Shown here: piece after piece, positions 48,024 through 56,252 of the stretch
How positions within the stretch are numbered: the stretch's first letter is position 1
Layout: each line of letters begins with the position of its first letter
DNA from: a virus
Lineage: Duplodnaviria > Caudoviricetes
Direction: 5' to 3' (one strand)
DNA length: 64,000 nucleotides
IMG/VR virus record: IMGVR_UViG_3300021375_000006
Position numbers and translations under genes: made by a program
Notes under the pieces: model-generated
What the model was told of the DNA's origin: nothing
What the model saw: the letters and a program-made list of their open reading frames with translations, nothing else
Database searches by the model: none

Positions 48024-48317
48024 TTAATTTTTAGAGAATTCTTTTAATTGTTCTACTGACATTGCGCCTGATTGTCTTGCAACAACTTCGCCATCTTCAA
48101 ATAGAATAAATGTAGGGATAGATCTAATCCCGTATTTAGAAGCAATATCAGTCTCTTCATCTACATTAATTTTTACAACTTCTACTGCTTCGTCTTCTGC
48201 GCTGTACTTTTCTAACACAGGCATCATCATTTTACAGGGGCCACACCATTGTGCCCAAAAATCTACTATTACTTTACCTTCTTGTGGAATCATAATTCTG
48301 GGTTTATTCCGGCCCAC
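48024..48317 (-). CDS. trxA: Thioredoxin
   Basis: VDFWAQWCGPCK and GIRSIPT. Confidence 0.9.
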   Translation of the reverse strand: MGRNKPRIMIPQEGKVIVDFWAQWCGPCKMMMPVLEKYSAEDEAVEVVKINVDEETDIASKYGIRSIPTFILFEDGEVVARQSGAMSVEQLKEFSKN

Positions 48318-48508
48318 TCTATAAGCAAACCTTTATCTGTTAATTCAATATATTTATCATACTTAATACTGACCTGAATTTGGTCTGCTACTACTGCAAC
48401 ACTAGTATATTCAACTGCGTTCTCAAAAACATCTTCAATTAACGGAGAGTTAATGTTTTTATTGAGTTGCTCTAGATAATCTTTACCTATCCAAATTAAT
48501 ATATGCAT
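48290..48508 (-). CDS. Hypothetical protein
   Basis: Intact ORF between trxA and the GT25 gene. Confidence 0.4.
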   Translation of the reverse strand: MHILIWIGKDYLEQLNKNINSPLIEDVFENAVEYTSVAVVADQIQVSIKYDKYIELTDKGLLIEWAGINPEL

Positions 48509-48529
48509 AATTTTAAATTTAGTTATTCA

Positions 48530-49360
48530 TTATACTGAATTTTGGTCCGTTGTTTCATTATCATACCAAAACCTATCCATCCAAGAATAAACATTATCTG
48601 AATCCTTGTCATTATGTTGTTCAATCGCATTATAGGTTGTTGTAAAAACATTAAGGTCTTTAAATTGATGGTTAATCCAAACGTCAATAGGTCCTTTAAT
48701 TGGAGTTTTTTTGCGTAGTTTACGAACACCTCGATCACTTAATAAATAGCCACTAAGCCACCATACGCCATTCTTTAATTTTTCTAAATTTACAGAATAT
48801 TTTTCTGCTGTATAACCTACAGTTGCTGGTAAAATAGAGAAGTAAACCATATCCCAATCTTCTGGTAATTCTTTAAAAACAGAATTAAATGTCTTTGAAA
48901 ATCCAACTTCAAATGTTATATCATCTTCAAGAAAAAGAGCTGCCTTGCCTTTAGATTCTATAAATTTATCCCACATTGCAATATGTCCAAGTGAAATAGC
49001 TATCTCTGATTTAGAACATGATAGAATTTGTTTTCTATAATGATTAATATTATCACTAAATGCCGGATCTGGTTCTATTGTATATTGCCAATTAAAATCA
49101 TAGTCTTTAAGTACTAGACTCTTATCCCAATCGTCTACATCATCTCCCCAAAAAGCCTTTTGCCAAGTTACAAAATCAGCCAGAGTTTGATCTCCATCTG
49201 TTTTAACTCGATCAAGCTGTTTTATTAAGGCCTCTTTTCGATCTTTCCTATGCTCTAAATTTAACACATAGACCTGATCTATATTTTTAGTATTTAATAG
49301 AGTGTTTTTACCAAATAGACCTGCTATTCTTTTTATCAGAGTTGTAGTCCCTCTACTCAT
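48530..49360 (-). CDS. GT25-family glycosyltransferase
   Basis: YVLNLEHRKDR, EIAISLGH, FLEDD, GYLLS..G. Confidence 0.75.
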   Translation of the reverse strand: MSRGTTTLIKRIAGLFGKNTLLNTKNIDQVYVLNLEHRKDRKEALIKQLDRVKTDGDQTLADFVTWQKAFWGDDVDDWDKSLVLKDYDFNWQYTIEPDPAFSDNINHYRKQILSCSKSEIAISLGHIAMWDKFIESKGKAALFLEDDITFEVGFSKTFNSVFKELPEDWDMVYFSILPATVGYTAEKYSVNLEKLKNGVWWLSGYLLSDRGVRKLRKKTPIKGPIDVWINHQFKDLNVFTTTYNAIEQHNDKDSDNVYSWMDRFWYDNETTDQNSV

Positions 49361-49374
49361 GTGGTTGATATTTG

Positions 49375-49446
49375 TAGCCCCTAGGAGAATCGAACTCCTC
49401 TTTCCAGGATGAAAACCTGGCGTCCTAACCGATAGACGAAGGGGCC
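49375..49446 (-). tRNA. trnE: tRNA-Glu (UUC)
   Basis: GGCCCCT acceptor, CCAGG-TT-TTC-AT-CCTGG anticodon arm, GTTCGATTC T-loop. CCA not fully encoded. Confidence 0.95.
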
Positions 49447-49453
49447 ATAGTTG

Positions 49454-49526
49454 TTGGGCCGCAGGGGCTCGAACCCCGACTCTTCTGGACCAAAACCAGA
49501 CGTGTTGCCAGTTACACCACAGCCCA
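49454..49526 (-). tRNA. trnQ: tRNA-Gln (UUG)
   Basis: TGGGCTG acceptor, TCTGG-TT-TTG-GT-CCAGA, GTTCGAGCC. Confidence 0.95.
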
Positions 49527-49530
49527 ATTA

Positions 49531-49899
49531 TTAATTATATAATGGAGCCTTCTTTTGTTTCTTTAAGTATTGTCTATAATTAACAACAGCTCTACTTAGG
49601 ATTTCCATCCTCTGTTCTGGGTCCATGACCATTGTTCTAGTTTTTGTGTAGTAAGTATTACCATCAAAAGAACTAGTCCATGGATGTAGTTTAGTAGGAT
49701 TTAACTGGTAGATTGATCTGTTCTTATAGATCGTACCATAAGAAGTCTTGTGAGTCTTCGTATAGGCTCTACGGATATAACCATTCTCATAAGAGAGATA
49801 GTCACAGTTTGAGATTGGGTCATGATAACATACTGTACCATGATCTGCTTGTGCTTGAGAAGTTAATTCAATACACTTAAGTGCTTGTAGTTTATTCAT
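49531..49899 (-). CDS. Hypothetical protein
   Basis: Intact ORF. Confidence 0.55.
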   Translation of the reverse strand: MNKLQALKCIELTSQAQADHGTVCYHDPISNCDYLSYENGYIRRAYTKTHKTSYGTIYKNRSIYQLNPTKLHPWTSSFDGNTYYTKTRTMVMDPEQRMEILSRAVVNYRQYLKKQKKAPLYN

Positions 49900-49900
49900 A

Positions 49901-50077
49901 TTATTTTATTTCGTTAGACTGATGCATTCTAAAACCAAGAATGGGTGTATGACCTACCAATTCGTTCTTCCTCTTTTCTATCATATCTCTTGTTAGAATT
50001 AAAGTTTCAACGTCTTTCTCGGTCTTCACCCAATCTGTGAATAAATACGTCAGTAATTTTGCTTTTAATTTTTTCAT
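49901..50077 (-). CDS. Small 58-aa protein missing from the ORF track
   Basis: MKKLKAKLLTYLFTDWVKTEKDVETLILTRDMIEKRKNELVGHTPILGFRMHQSNEIK. Fills the gap between neighbours. Confidence 0.55.
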   Translation of the reverse strand: MKKLKAKLLTYLFTDWVKTEKDVETLILTRDMIEKRKNELVGHTPILGFRMHQSNEIK

Positions 50078-50078
50078 A

Positions 50079-50306
50079 TTAAAGGTTATCTCTTACTGAG
50101 TTTTTAAGTAACATTTGAGAAGTAGGAGCGATTCCAAAACTAACCCAATTGTCAGAGTCATTAAATTGTTTTCTACAATGGTCCATGGTGTCCTCAGACC
50201 AGTCTAAATGGTTTCCTGCAACATCAGTTACTGGATGCCAAACGCTTTCCCAACCATCACTTAAGAAGGTTACCCAAGCTTTTTCTACGTTTAAATTTAG
50301 TATCAT
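50079..50306 (-). CDS. Hypothetical protein
   Basis: Intact ORF directly downstream of the conserved promoter element. Confidence 0.55.
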   Translation of the reverse strand: MILNLNVEKAWVTFLSDGWESVWHPVTDVAGNHLDWSEDTMDHCRKQFNDSDNWVSFGIAPTSQMLLKNSVRDNL

Positions 50307-50319
50307 ATCGTTTTAATTA

Positions 50320-50381
50320 TAGTACTAATATACGAAAAATAATTGACATAAAAAAATCTAGAGGCAATTATTTTGCAAAAA
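50320..50381 (-). promoter_or_regulatory. Conserved promoter-like element, copy 2
   Basis: Same spacing as copies 1 and 3. Also shares GCAAAATAATTGCC with copy 3. Confidence 0.7.
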
Positions 50382-50946
50382 GTTTGTCTAGTGGATAAAG
50401 ATTATCCTCTGACTCGGCTCTTTCTGGATGCCATTGTACTGCCCAGATCTTTCTGCTCTCGTCTACGATCGCTTCTGGAATACCACCACCAATATGAGTT
50501 ACTGTAAAGTTATCTGCAACTTTAGCACAGTATTGATGATGTCTTGAATTAACGGTTGTAGTATTTCCGTCTCTATCTGTAATAATATGTTGTCGTGAAG
50601 GTCTAGTGGCATGTGATACATTATCTGAAAAGTCTGCAGCTGCATGAGCCTCTACTATTTCATCATCTATATTCTCTACCACACCACCAAAAAAGTGGTT
50701 AAGGATTTGCATGCCACGGCAAACTCCAATAATAGGTTGCTTATTTGCAATAGCCTCTTGAATCCACCTGAATTCTCTAATATCTCTATCTTTATCTTTA
50801 CCAATATCAGCACCACCTGCTAGAATAAGTGGTCCCGTAATAGGTTGGTTATCTAAAACCTCTGGTTCAAATCCATATCGGGTTAACCATTCAATAAATG
50901 CTGTTTTTTCGGAAGGTCCTTTCGGTGGCGCTAGATAAACTTTCAT
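50368..50946 (-). CDS. Class I glutamine amidotransferase-like (peptidase C26) protein
   Basis: LAGGADI, GVCRGMQ, VNSRHHQ, VQWHPE. Confidence 0.85.
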   Translation of the reverse strand: MKVYLAPPKGPSEKTAFIEWLTRYGFEPEVLDNQPITGPLILAGGADIGKDKDRDIREFRWIQEAIANKQPIIGVCRGMQILNHFFGGVVENIDDEIVEAHAAADFSDNVSHATRPSRQHIITDRDGNTTTVNSRHHQYCAKVADNFTVTHIGGGIPEAIVDESRKIWAVQWHPERAESEDNLYPLDKLFAK

Positions 50947-51107
50947 ATCGTTAAAAAGATGGGAGTCTTAGAACCTGAGTCTTACATTTCCATTGCCTAG
51001 GATGTTAAAAATGCTCTGTTCATAGACTCCCTCTTTGGAGGGAAGGTAATACTAAGTCGCCTTAATATAGTGGTGCGCTTGTGTGAAATTATTCCCTCTT
51101 ATTTTTG

Positions 51108-51179
51108 AGCGAAAGACGAGGATTGAACTCGCGACCCTCACCTTGGCAAGGTGATGCTCTACCGCTGAGCTACTTTCGC
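51108..51179 (-). tRNA. trnG: tRNA-Gly (GCC)
   Basis: GCGAAAG acceptor, TCACC-TT-GCC-AA-GGTGA, GTTCAATCC. Confidence 0.95.
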
Positions 51180-51253
51180 AATTGTAGGTCATCGCTTAAC
51201 CTACGGTGAGTGTACCTTTCACCTTGTTCCCTCTCGGTACTACGATTTTTTTG

Positions 51254-51327
51254 TGGAGAATAACGGAGTCGAACCGTTGACCTCCTGCGTGCAAGGCAGG
51301 CGCTCTAGCCAGCTGAGCTAATTCCCC
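51254..51327 (-). tRNA. trnA: tRNA-Ala (UGC)
   Basis: GGGGAAT acceptor, CCTGC-CT-TGC-AC-GCAGG, GTTCGACTC. Confidence 0.95.
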
Positions 51328-51333
51328 ATCGCA

Positions 51334-51645
51334 TTATTCTGCGTCAGGTACATAAACAGCTGCTCTGCCTTCTATGTCTGCCATTAAAGCTGTAACTTGG
51401 TCTTTTGTATAAGCTGATAACCACGCGCTATCATCTTGTTGTGTTACGCCATCAAAGACTTTACAATCAAATGCGTTGTAAGCATCTGCGCTAGCCTCTA
51501 CTGTTAATTCTGCTGCAGCTTCTGGATCTAGAGAAACTCTAGGTGGTCCTGCTGTTACATGAATTTGAAAAAAGTTATCAAAAACGTAATTTGATTCAAA
51601 TCCATTTTCTAAAGGTTTAAATACTAAGTCTGTAAACTGTGCCAT
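51334..51645 (-). CDS. Hypothetical acidic protein inside the RNA cluster
   Basis: Intact 103-aa ORF. Confidence 0.55.
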   Translation of the reverse strand: MAQFTDLVFKPLENGFESNYVFDNFFQIHVTAGPPRVSLDPEAAAELTVEASADAYNAFDCKVFDGVTQQDDSAWLSAYTKDQVTALMADIEGRAAVYVPDAE

Positions 51646-51669
51646 AATTATATTAATTGTTTTTAATTT

Positions 51670-52072
51670 AAAAAAGAGGATCGTGTGCTAGAGTATACCA
51701 GCTCTAGAAGATCGTTCTATTGTATATATTACTGCATACCAACTAACTCTACTATTATTTCGAGTTCTACTCAAGATGGTTAATCTCGTTGTAGCGCCAC
51801 AATGGCTTTAGTTGTACCTTATCCCCTATAGAATAGGATTATTCGGTCACTAGGCAAGGCTTCCTCTCGGGTACTTGCAATGCTCTTCGTGAAATAGGTT
51901 TAGTTGTCTATTTCCCGATCTACCATCTTCTACTCTGTCGAGTCTCAATCACTCACTTTCGCAATTGAGCCGAAACTTGTTCGGTGTCAGATGTGCCTTA
52001 ACCCCTCTCACGTCAGGGTTTTTTCGGCCACACACTCACTCTCCGTCTGATCAGGAGTTCGAGTGCCTCTTT
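51670..52072 (-). ncRNA. Candidate large structured non-coding RNA (~400 nt), family unassigned
   Basis: No ORF, raised GC, many nested helices with GNRA loops, an 8-bp long-range helix, and 5' GAGG / 3' CCTC-U6 closure. Lies in the tRNA cluster. Confidence 0.65.
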
Positions 52073-52077
52073 TAATA

Positions 52078-52111
52078 TGTTAAAGAACTTTTATGCGAAT
52101 TGGGGTTTCGC
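52078..52111 (-). promoter_or_regulatory. boxB-like hairpin followed by a boxA-like antitermination site (GTTCTTTAACA)
   Basis: GCGAA-ACCCCAA-TTCGC at 52095-52111, then GTTCTTTAACA at 52078-52088 (rrn boxA is TGCTCTTTAACA). Confidence 0.55.
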
Positions 52112-52291
52112 TTACCCTTGCTTATTCTTGTTGCTTACGTAAACTCTTACGTCTTGTGCAACACCTTTGATAGTTTGCATTGCTTTACGTACTCTTGTAC
52201 CTGCAGCTTTGTTTCCCTTTTCGTCGAATTTTACCGCGTCATCTTGGATGCTTTCGATAGCTTCTGTAATTTGATTTAATAATTCTTGCAT
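52112..52291 (-). CDS. Bacteroidota-type histone H1-like (Hc1-like) small basic protein, missing from the ORF track
   Basis: Translated by hand: MQELLNQITEAIESIQDDAVKFDEKGNKAAGTRVRKAMQTIKGVAQDVRVYVSNKNKQG. GNKAAGTR.RK is the family signature. Confidence 0.8.
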   Translation of the reverse strand: MQELLNQITEAIESIQDDAVKFDEKGNKAAGTRVRKAMQTIKGVAQDVRVYVSNKNKQG

Positions 52292-52346
52292 GTTTTGCTT
52301 TTTAAAATTTCTAATGTTTATACTTGGTTTATTGTATTTGTTTCAG

Positions 52347-52721
52347 TTATTCTGACTTTAAAGTATTATGTCTTCCGTTGAAACCGCCGTATTTTGTGTA
52401 TTCTTCATCTACCTCACCAATATCAAACCACTCAGTTGAGTACTTGTCTGTGGTTGATGAGTAAATATCCATGTCACCTTCAAATAGAAGTGATATTTGA
52501 TCTGCTAAATCTGTTTTATCTAAAGATTCTAATTGGTCACAGATGTCATACCAATCTTCATAATAGAGTTCTTGAATATACTCTACGAATTCTTGTTCTG
52601 ATTCAACATCTCCTTCATAAGGAAAATCTGGTAGATCTGTAAAATCTACAGGGTCTAGATCGACTGCGTCGTTAGCTTCCCAGTTCGTGTATTTTTCACA
52701 CTTTCTAATTTGAAATGCCAT
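52347..52721 (-). CDS. Acidic hypothetical protein
   Basis: Intact ORF. Confidence 0.55.
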   Translation of the reverse strand: MAFQIRKCEKYTNWEANDAVDLDPVDFTDLPDFPYEGDVESEQEFVEYIQELYYEDWYDICDQLESLDKTDLADQISLLFEGDMDIYSSTTDKYSTEWFDIGEVDEEYTKYGGFNGRHNTLKSE

Positions 52722-52766
52722 ATTTGTAATAATTTAGTAGTTATATGATATTGTTTTGTGATAGTT

Positions 52767-53123
52767 TCAAGCTAGGGTCTTAATAAAATGAAGTGTCCAA
52801 GCAATTAGTCCATTTAATTGTAGAGCTACTAGGTTCCATTGCTTTCTAAAAGTAACTTGAATTAGGACAAAGATAAATCCTAAGATAAAGAGAATAGGTT
52901 CTACAGTCCATTGACCTGCCATTAAGAATCCAGCACCCATATAACCTACTCGGCTTGCCATTCTCTCTGCTGGGCTTAATTTCTTTTGTTGTACTAGGTA
53001 TCTTAAGAAAGATCTCCACCAACGATACTCACATGATTTGCAAGTCTTCTTCTGATCATGTTTGAACTTCGATGTGGGTAATTTCTTACCACACTTGTTG
53101 CATTTCCTACCACTCATTCTCAT
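52767..53123 (-). CDS. Zn-finger plus small multi-TM protein
   Basis: CNKC...CKSC followed by hydrophobic helices. Confidence 0.5.
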   Translation of the reverse strand: MRMSGRKCNKCGKKLPTSKFKHDQKKTCKSCEYRWWRSFLRYLVQQKKLSPAERMASRVGYMGAGFLMAGQWTVEPILFILGFIFVLIQVTFRKQWNLVALQLNGLIAWTLHFIKTLA

Positions 53124-53218
53124 TAAAATATCAGCCGTAATATATTTGACCAGATGAAATATGTAATCGTTAAAATTGCAGACCAGGCGATAATCTTAGC
53201 CCAATTGTACCTTTTCAT
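53123..53218 (-). CDS. 31-aa membrane peptide missing from the ORF track
   Basis: MKRYNWAKIIAWSAILTITYFIWSNILRLIF. TAATG overlaps at both ends. Confidence 0.5.
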   Translation of the reverse strand: MKRYNWAKIIAWSAILTITYFIWSNILRLIF

Positions 53219-53409
53219 TACTCAAGATTTTGTCTAATGTTTTCTAATTGTAAGACTATTTTATCATAACAGTCTTTACATAACTGCCCCGCACCTTCAA
53301 TATAGTAGTCTCGGTATTCAATAGAAGTATCGTGAGAATATTTAGTTTCAGCTTCACATGAAATGCAAAGGTCTTTATTGTTCTCACTTACATATAATTT
53401 TTCTGCCAT
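53218..53409 (-). CDS. Small Cys-motif protein
   Basis: CISC...CKDC. Confidence 0.5.
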   Translation of the reverse strand: MAEKLYVSENNKDLCISCEAETKYSHDTSIEYRDYYIEGAGQLCKDCYDKIVLQLENIRQNLE

Positions 53410-53458
53410 AATGCTAAACTTTAAGTATTATACTTTTAATTTTTAAAAAGTTTATTTA

Positions 53459-53953
53459 TTAATCCCACCAATGTTGGATATTATGTTCTATGTATCTCCA
53501 TAATATTTTATGTGCTCGAGCCTGTTTTGCTCTAGACTCCCACATTAGTGCATTCTTTTCTCCATCGATTAAATTAATATCTGCTTCTGTATAGTCTTCC
53601 TCCCACTTTTCAACCATTGAGTAATATGGATCTCCGTTTTTATCTAGACTATCTAGCTCTTCAAATTCAAAAGAGGATTTACCATACTTTTCCTCCATTT
53701 GTTTAATATACTCAAATGCATATTCTTCATCATAAACCCTTTCCATTAACTCTACTGCGGTGCGAATTCTTGAGGCTGTTTGTTTTCTATTTAGTGAGCG
53801 CCCTCTATGTTCAATCTCATGTGCAGTTCTTTTTAACTGATGTTGAAATAATTCTATAGCATAGTGATAATCCCAATCATAACCTTTCCAGATAATAGGT
53901 AAGAAATCTGCCACTCTTTTAATTTGTCTCCACTTTCTTTTAAACCAATACAT
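53459..53953 (-). CDS. Hypothetical phage protein
   Basis: Intact ORF. Confidence 0.55.
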   Translation of the reverse strand: MYWFKRKWRQIKRVADFLPIIWKGYDWDYHYAIELFQHQLKRTAHEIEHRGRSLNRKQTASRIRTAVELMERVYDEEYAFEYIKQMEEKYGKSSFEFEELDSLDKNGDPYYSMVEKWEEDYTEADINLIDGEKNALMWESRAKQARAHKILWRYIEHNIQHWWD

Positions 53954-53954
53954 A

Positions 53955-54164
53955 CTAATATTTTGTTGCTATTTTTTGATATGCTGCAAAAAGATGGTCC
54001 GCTGCCTTCTCTACTTCACCTCTTGCTTCCTTCTCTATTTTTAATACTGGGTGTTGAATTAAAGTTTCATCAATTAAACCTAATACTATATTTAAAGTAT
54101 GTACTACCTCATGATAATGAAAATCATCTAATTCTAAGTCTCCTATTTTTTTCTTGCTACTCAC
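53955..54164 (-). CDS. Hypothetical protein
   Basis: Intact ORF in the operon. Confidence 0.45.
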   Translation of the reverse strand: MSSKKKIGDLELDDFHYHEVVHTLNIVLGLIDETLIQHPVLKIEKEARGEVEKAADHLFAAYQKIATKY

Positions 54165-55992
54165 TTTTAATCCACATTTTATTATTAATAACTAATACGT
54201 CTACATCAGATTCTTGGAATAGTCTCATGGCATCCTCTGGGGTTTCTACTATTGGTTCTCCTTTTACATTTAAAGATGTATTTATTACTATAGGAATACC
54301 TGATATACTTTCAAATCTCTCAATTAGCTCATATAGTTTAGAATTGTGCCCTTTAGTTAGAGTCTGTACTCTAGCAGTATTATCAATATGAACTGCTGAT
54401 GGAATTTCAAATGGCCTCTTACATGGAACTGTATGTAACATAAAAGGTGAGTCAAAATCCATAACAAACCAGTCTTGTGCTTTTTCTTGTAATACAATTG
54501 GAGCAAATGGCCTATACCACTCTCTAAATTTAACTCTAGAATTTAGTATGTCCTTCATTTCTGGATTTTTAGGTGATGTGATAAAAGATCTATGCCCTAA
54601 TGCTCTAGGACCATTTTCAGATCTACCATCAAACCAACATATAATTTTATCTTCATTTAACTGCTCAGCAATAAAATCTAAATCTAATGGTTGACTGCCT
54701 TCAAGATAACTATCATCCCATGTTAATCCTGTATATGCTAACTCAGATGTACTATAATCTTGTCGAGGTACACCTAGTGTATAATGTAAATACCAAAGGG
54801 CTCCTCCTGCAGATGTGCCATCGTCTCCACATGCTGGGAACATGTGCATTTTATCAAAATCAGTTTCTGTATGAATTTTATAGTTTGCGTTACAATTTAA
54901 GAATGTACCACCGGCAACGCACAGATTTCCATCATTAAATTTTTCAGTCTCTTCATATAGATCTTGTGTATATTTTACTAAAGATCTCTCTGTAATAAAT
55001 TGAATAGTGGCTGCAATATCCATAGCCTCTTGTGTGGTTGACTCTTCTTTAAGAAAGGGGAATTGCCACATTCTATTAAAAGAATTGTGGCCTGGTTCTT
55101 CTGCTAATACCTCTGGTCTTTGTTGCCTTTTTTCTAATGGGAACCTACCACTTATTTGAGAGAATAACCAGTCAATATATCTCCACTCTTCTCGCTCTAT
55201 TTTCCTATTGAATTGAGGTTCTGTCCACTCTTCCCACTTATCATAGGCTTCTCTTTTTATTCTACCGTATGCTGCTAATCCCATTAAAGTCCCTGCCTTT
55301 AATGTACCTGGACCTATTCCTAAATATTCTGTCGCAACATCATAAAAATTGCCTAGCATATAGCCTGGATTTCTAAAGAAGTGTAATTGAGTATCATCAC
55401 CTACCCAATATCCACTACAGGCTAAATCGTGGTGCATAGATGCGTCTACTGTAAAAATAGAAGCCTTGTTAAAATTAGAAGTAAAAAATGCAGAAGCTGC
55501 GTGTGCTGCATGGTGGTCTACAAAATGACCGTTAAAAGTTTTATCTACACCGTCTATTCTAATATTAAGTGCAAAACCTTTCGCTAAGTTAATATCTTCA
55601 GATCCGTATGGTAATAATGTTCTTTGTATTAGATTAGGTAGTGTGAATCCCCATTCTGTTTTCTCAGGCCTAGGCTCTCCTTCAATATGATTTAAAATAG
55701 GAGTTTCGGCAGACCAACTACCAAATGTAGTTAATGGGTATCTAGTATCATAGGGAGAGTATATTGACATCCAAGGCGCTAGTTCTTTTACCCAAGCAGT
55801 TAATGTAATAAAGTCAATATCTTCTAGTTTAACATCCCAGCCATTTAAAAAGAACTCTAATTGTTCTTTAGTAATGTACATGTCTTTTTTAATTCTAGAT
55901 AAACGTTCTACTGAAGTTGTAGCTACAAGCTTATCATCTTTTATTAAAGAAATAGCAGCATCGTGGCCTAAATGAATTCCAACTATAATCAT
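54157..55992 (-). CDS. O-carbamoyltransferase (NodU/CmcH/TobZ family)
   Basis: GIHLGHDAA, VERLSRIK, DHHAAHAASAF, GTLMGLAAYG, AGGTFLNC, GPRALGHRS, RVKFREWYRPFAP, NTSLN. Confidence 0.9.
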   Translation of the reverse strand: MIIVGIHLGHDAAISLIKDDKLVATTSVERLSRIKKDMYITKEQLEFFLNGWDVKLEDIDFITLTAWVKELAPWMSIYSPYDTRYPLTTFGSWSAETPILNHIEGEPRPEKTEWGFTLPNLIQRTLLPYGSEDINLAKGFALNIRIDGVDKTFNGHFVDHHAAHAASAFFTSNFNKASIFTVDASMHHDLACSGYWVGDDTQLHFFRNPGYMLGNFYDVATEYLGIGPGTLKAGTLMGLAAYGRIKREAYDKWEEWTEPQFNRKIEREEWRYIDWLFSQISGRFPLEKRQQRPEVLAEEPGHNSFNRMWQFPFLKEESTTQEAMDIAATIQFITERSLVKYTQDLYEETEKFNDGNLCVAGGTFLNCNANYKIHTETDFDKMHMFPACGDDGTSAGGALWYLHYTLGVPRQDYSTSELAYTGLTWDDSYLEGSQPLDLDFIAEQLNEDKIICWFDGRSENGPRALGHRSFITSPKNPEMKDILNSRVKFREWYRPFAPIVLQEKAQDWFVMDFDSPFMLHTVPCKRPFEIPSAVHIDNTARVQTLTKGHNSKLYELIERFESISGIPIVINTSLNVKGEPIVETPEDAMRLFQESDVDVLVINNKMWIKSE

Positions 55993-56028
55993 ATTTCAAT
56001 TTTACTTTATTGTAATATTAATAATATG

Positions 56029-56058
56029 AAAAAAGTGGAGTTTGTTTACTCCACTTTT
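56029..56058 (-). terminator. Rho-independent terminator
   Basis: AAAAGTGGAGT-AAACAA-ACTCCACTTTTTT. Confidence 0.8.
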
Positions 56059-56061
56059 AAA

Positions 56062-56250
56062 TTAATTTGCCTTCCAGACTAATAGTAGACTTTCTAGTTG
56101 TTTTTCGTCTAAGTCATAGAGTCTTACGGAATTGCAAGGTACATCTTTCATTCTAAAAAGATGCTCAATATCTAAAATTAGTTTTGCTTTATAGTTTAAA
56201 GAGTCTAGTAGATTTTGTTCTACTTCGTTTAGTTTTGTAGTATTTGCCAT
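56062..56250 (-). CDS. Hypothetical protein
   Basis: Intact ORF. Confidence 0.45.
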   Translation of the reverse strand: MANTTKLNEVEQNLLDSLNYKAKLILDIEHLFRMKDVPCNSVRLYDLDEKQLESLLLVWKAN

Positions 56251-56252
56251 AA

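Noticed and set aside
50961-51098. Additional (pseudo)tRNAs
   Set aside because: There are 7-8 bp closing stems, but no D-arm or anticodon arm and no proper TTCRA T-loop with a 5-bp stem.
49361-51260. HDV-like (theta) ribozymes at tRNA 3' trailers
   Set aside because: I could not build the nested double pseudoknot immediately after any of the four tRNAs.
51670-52072. tmRNA, RNase P RNA, 6S RNA or group I/II intron
   Set aside because: No tRNA-like ends or tag ORF, no GAGGAAAGUCC/AGAACCCGGCUUA P4 strands, no convincing P7 pairing or group II domain V, and no interrupted gene.
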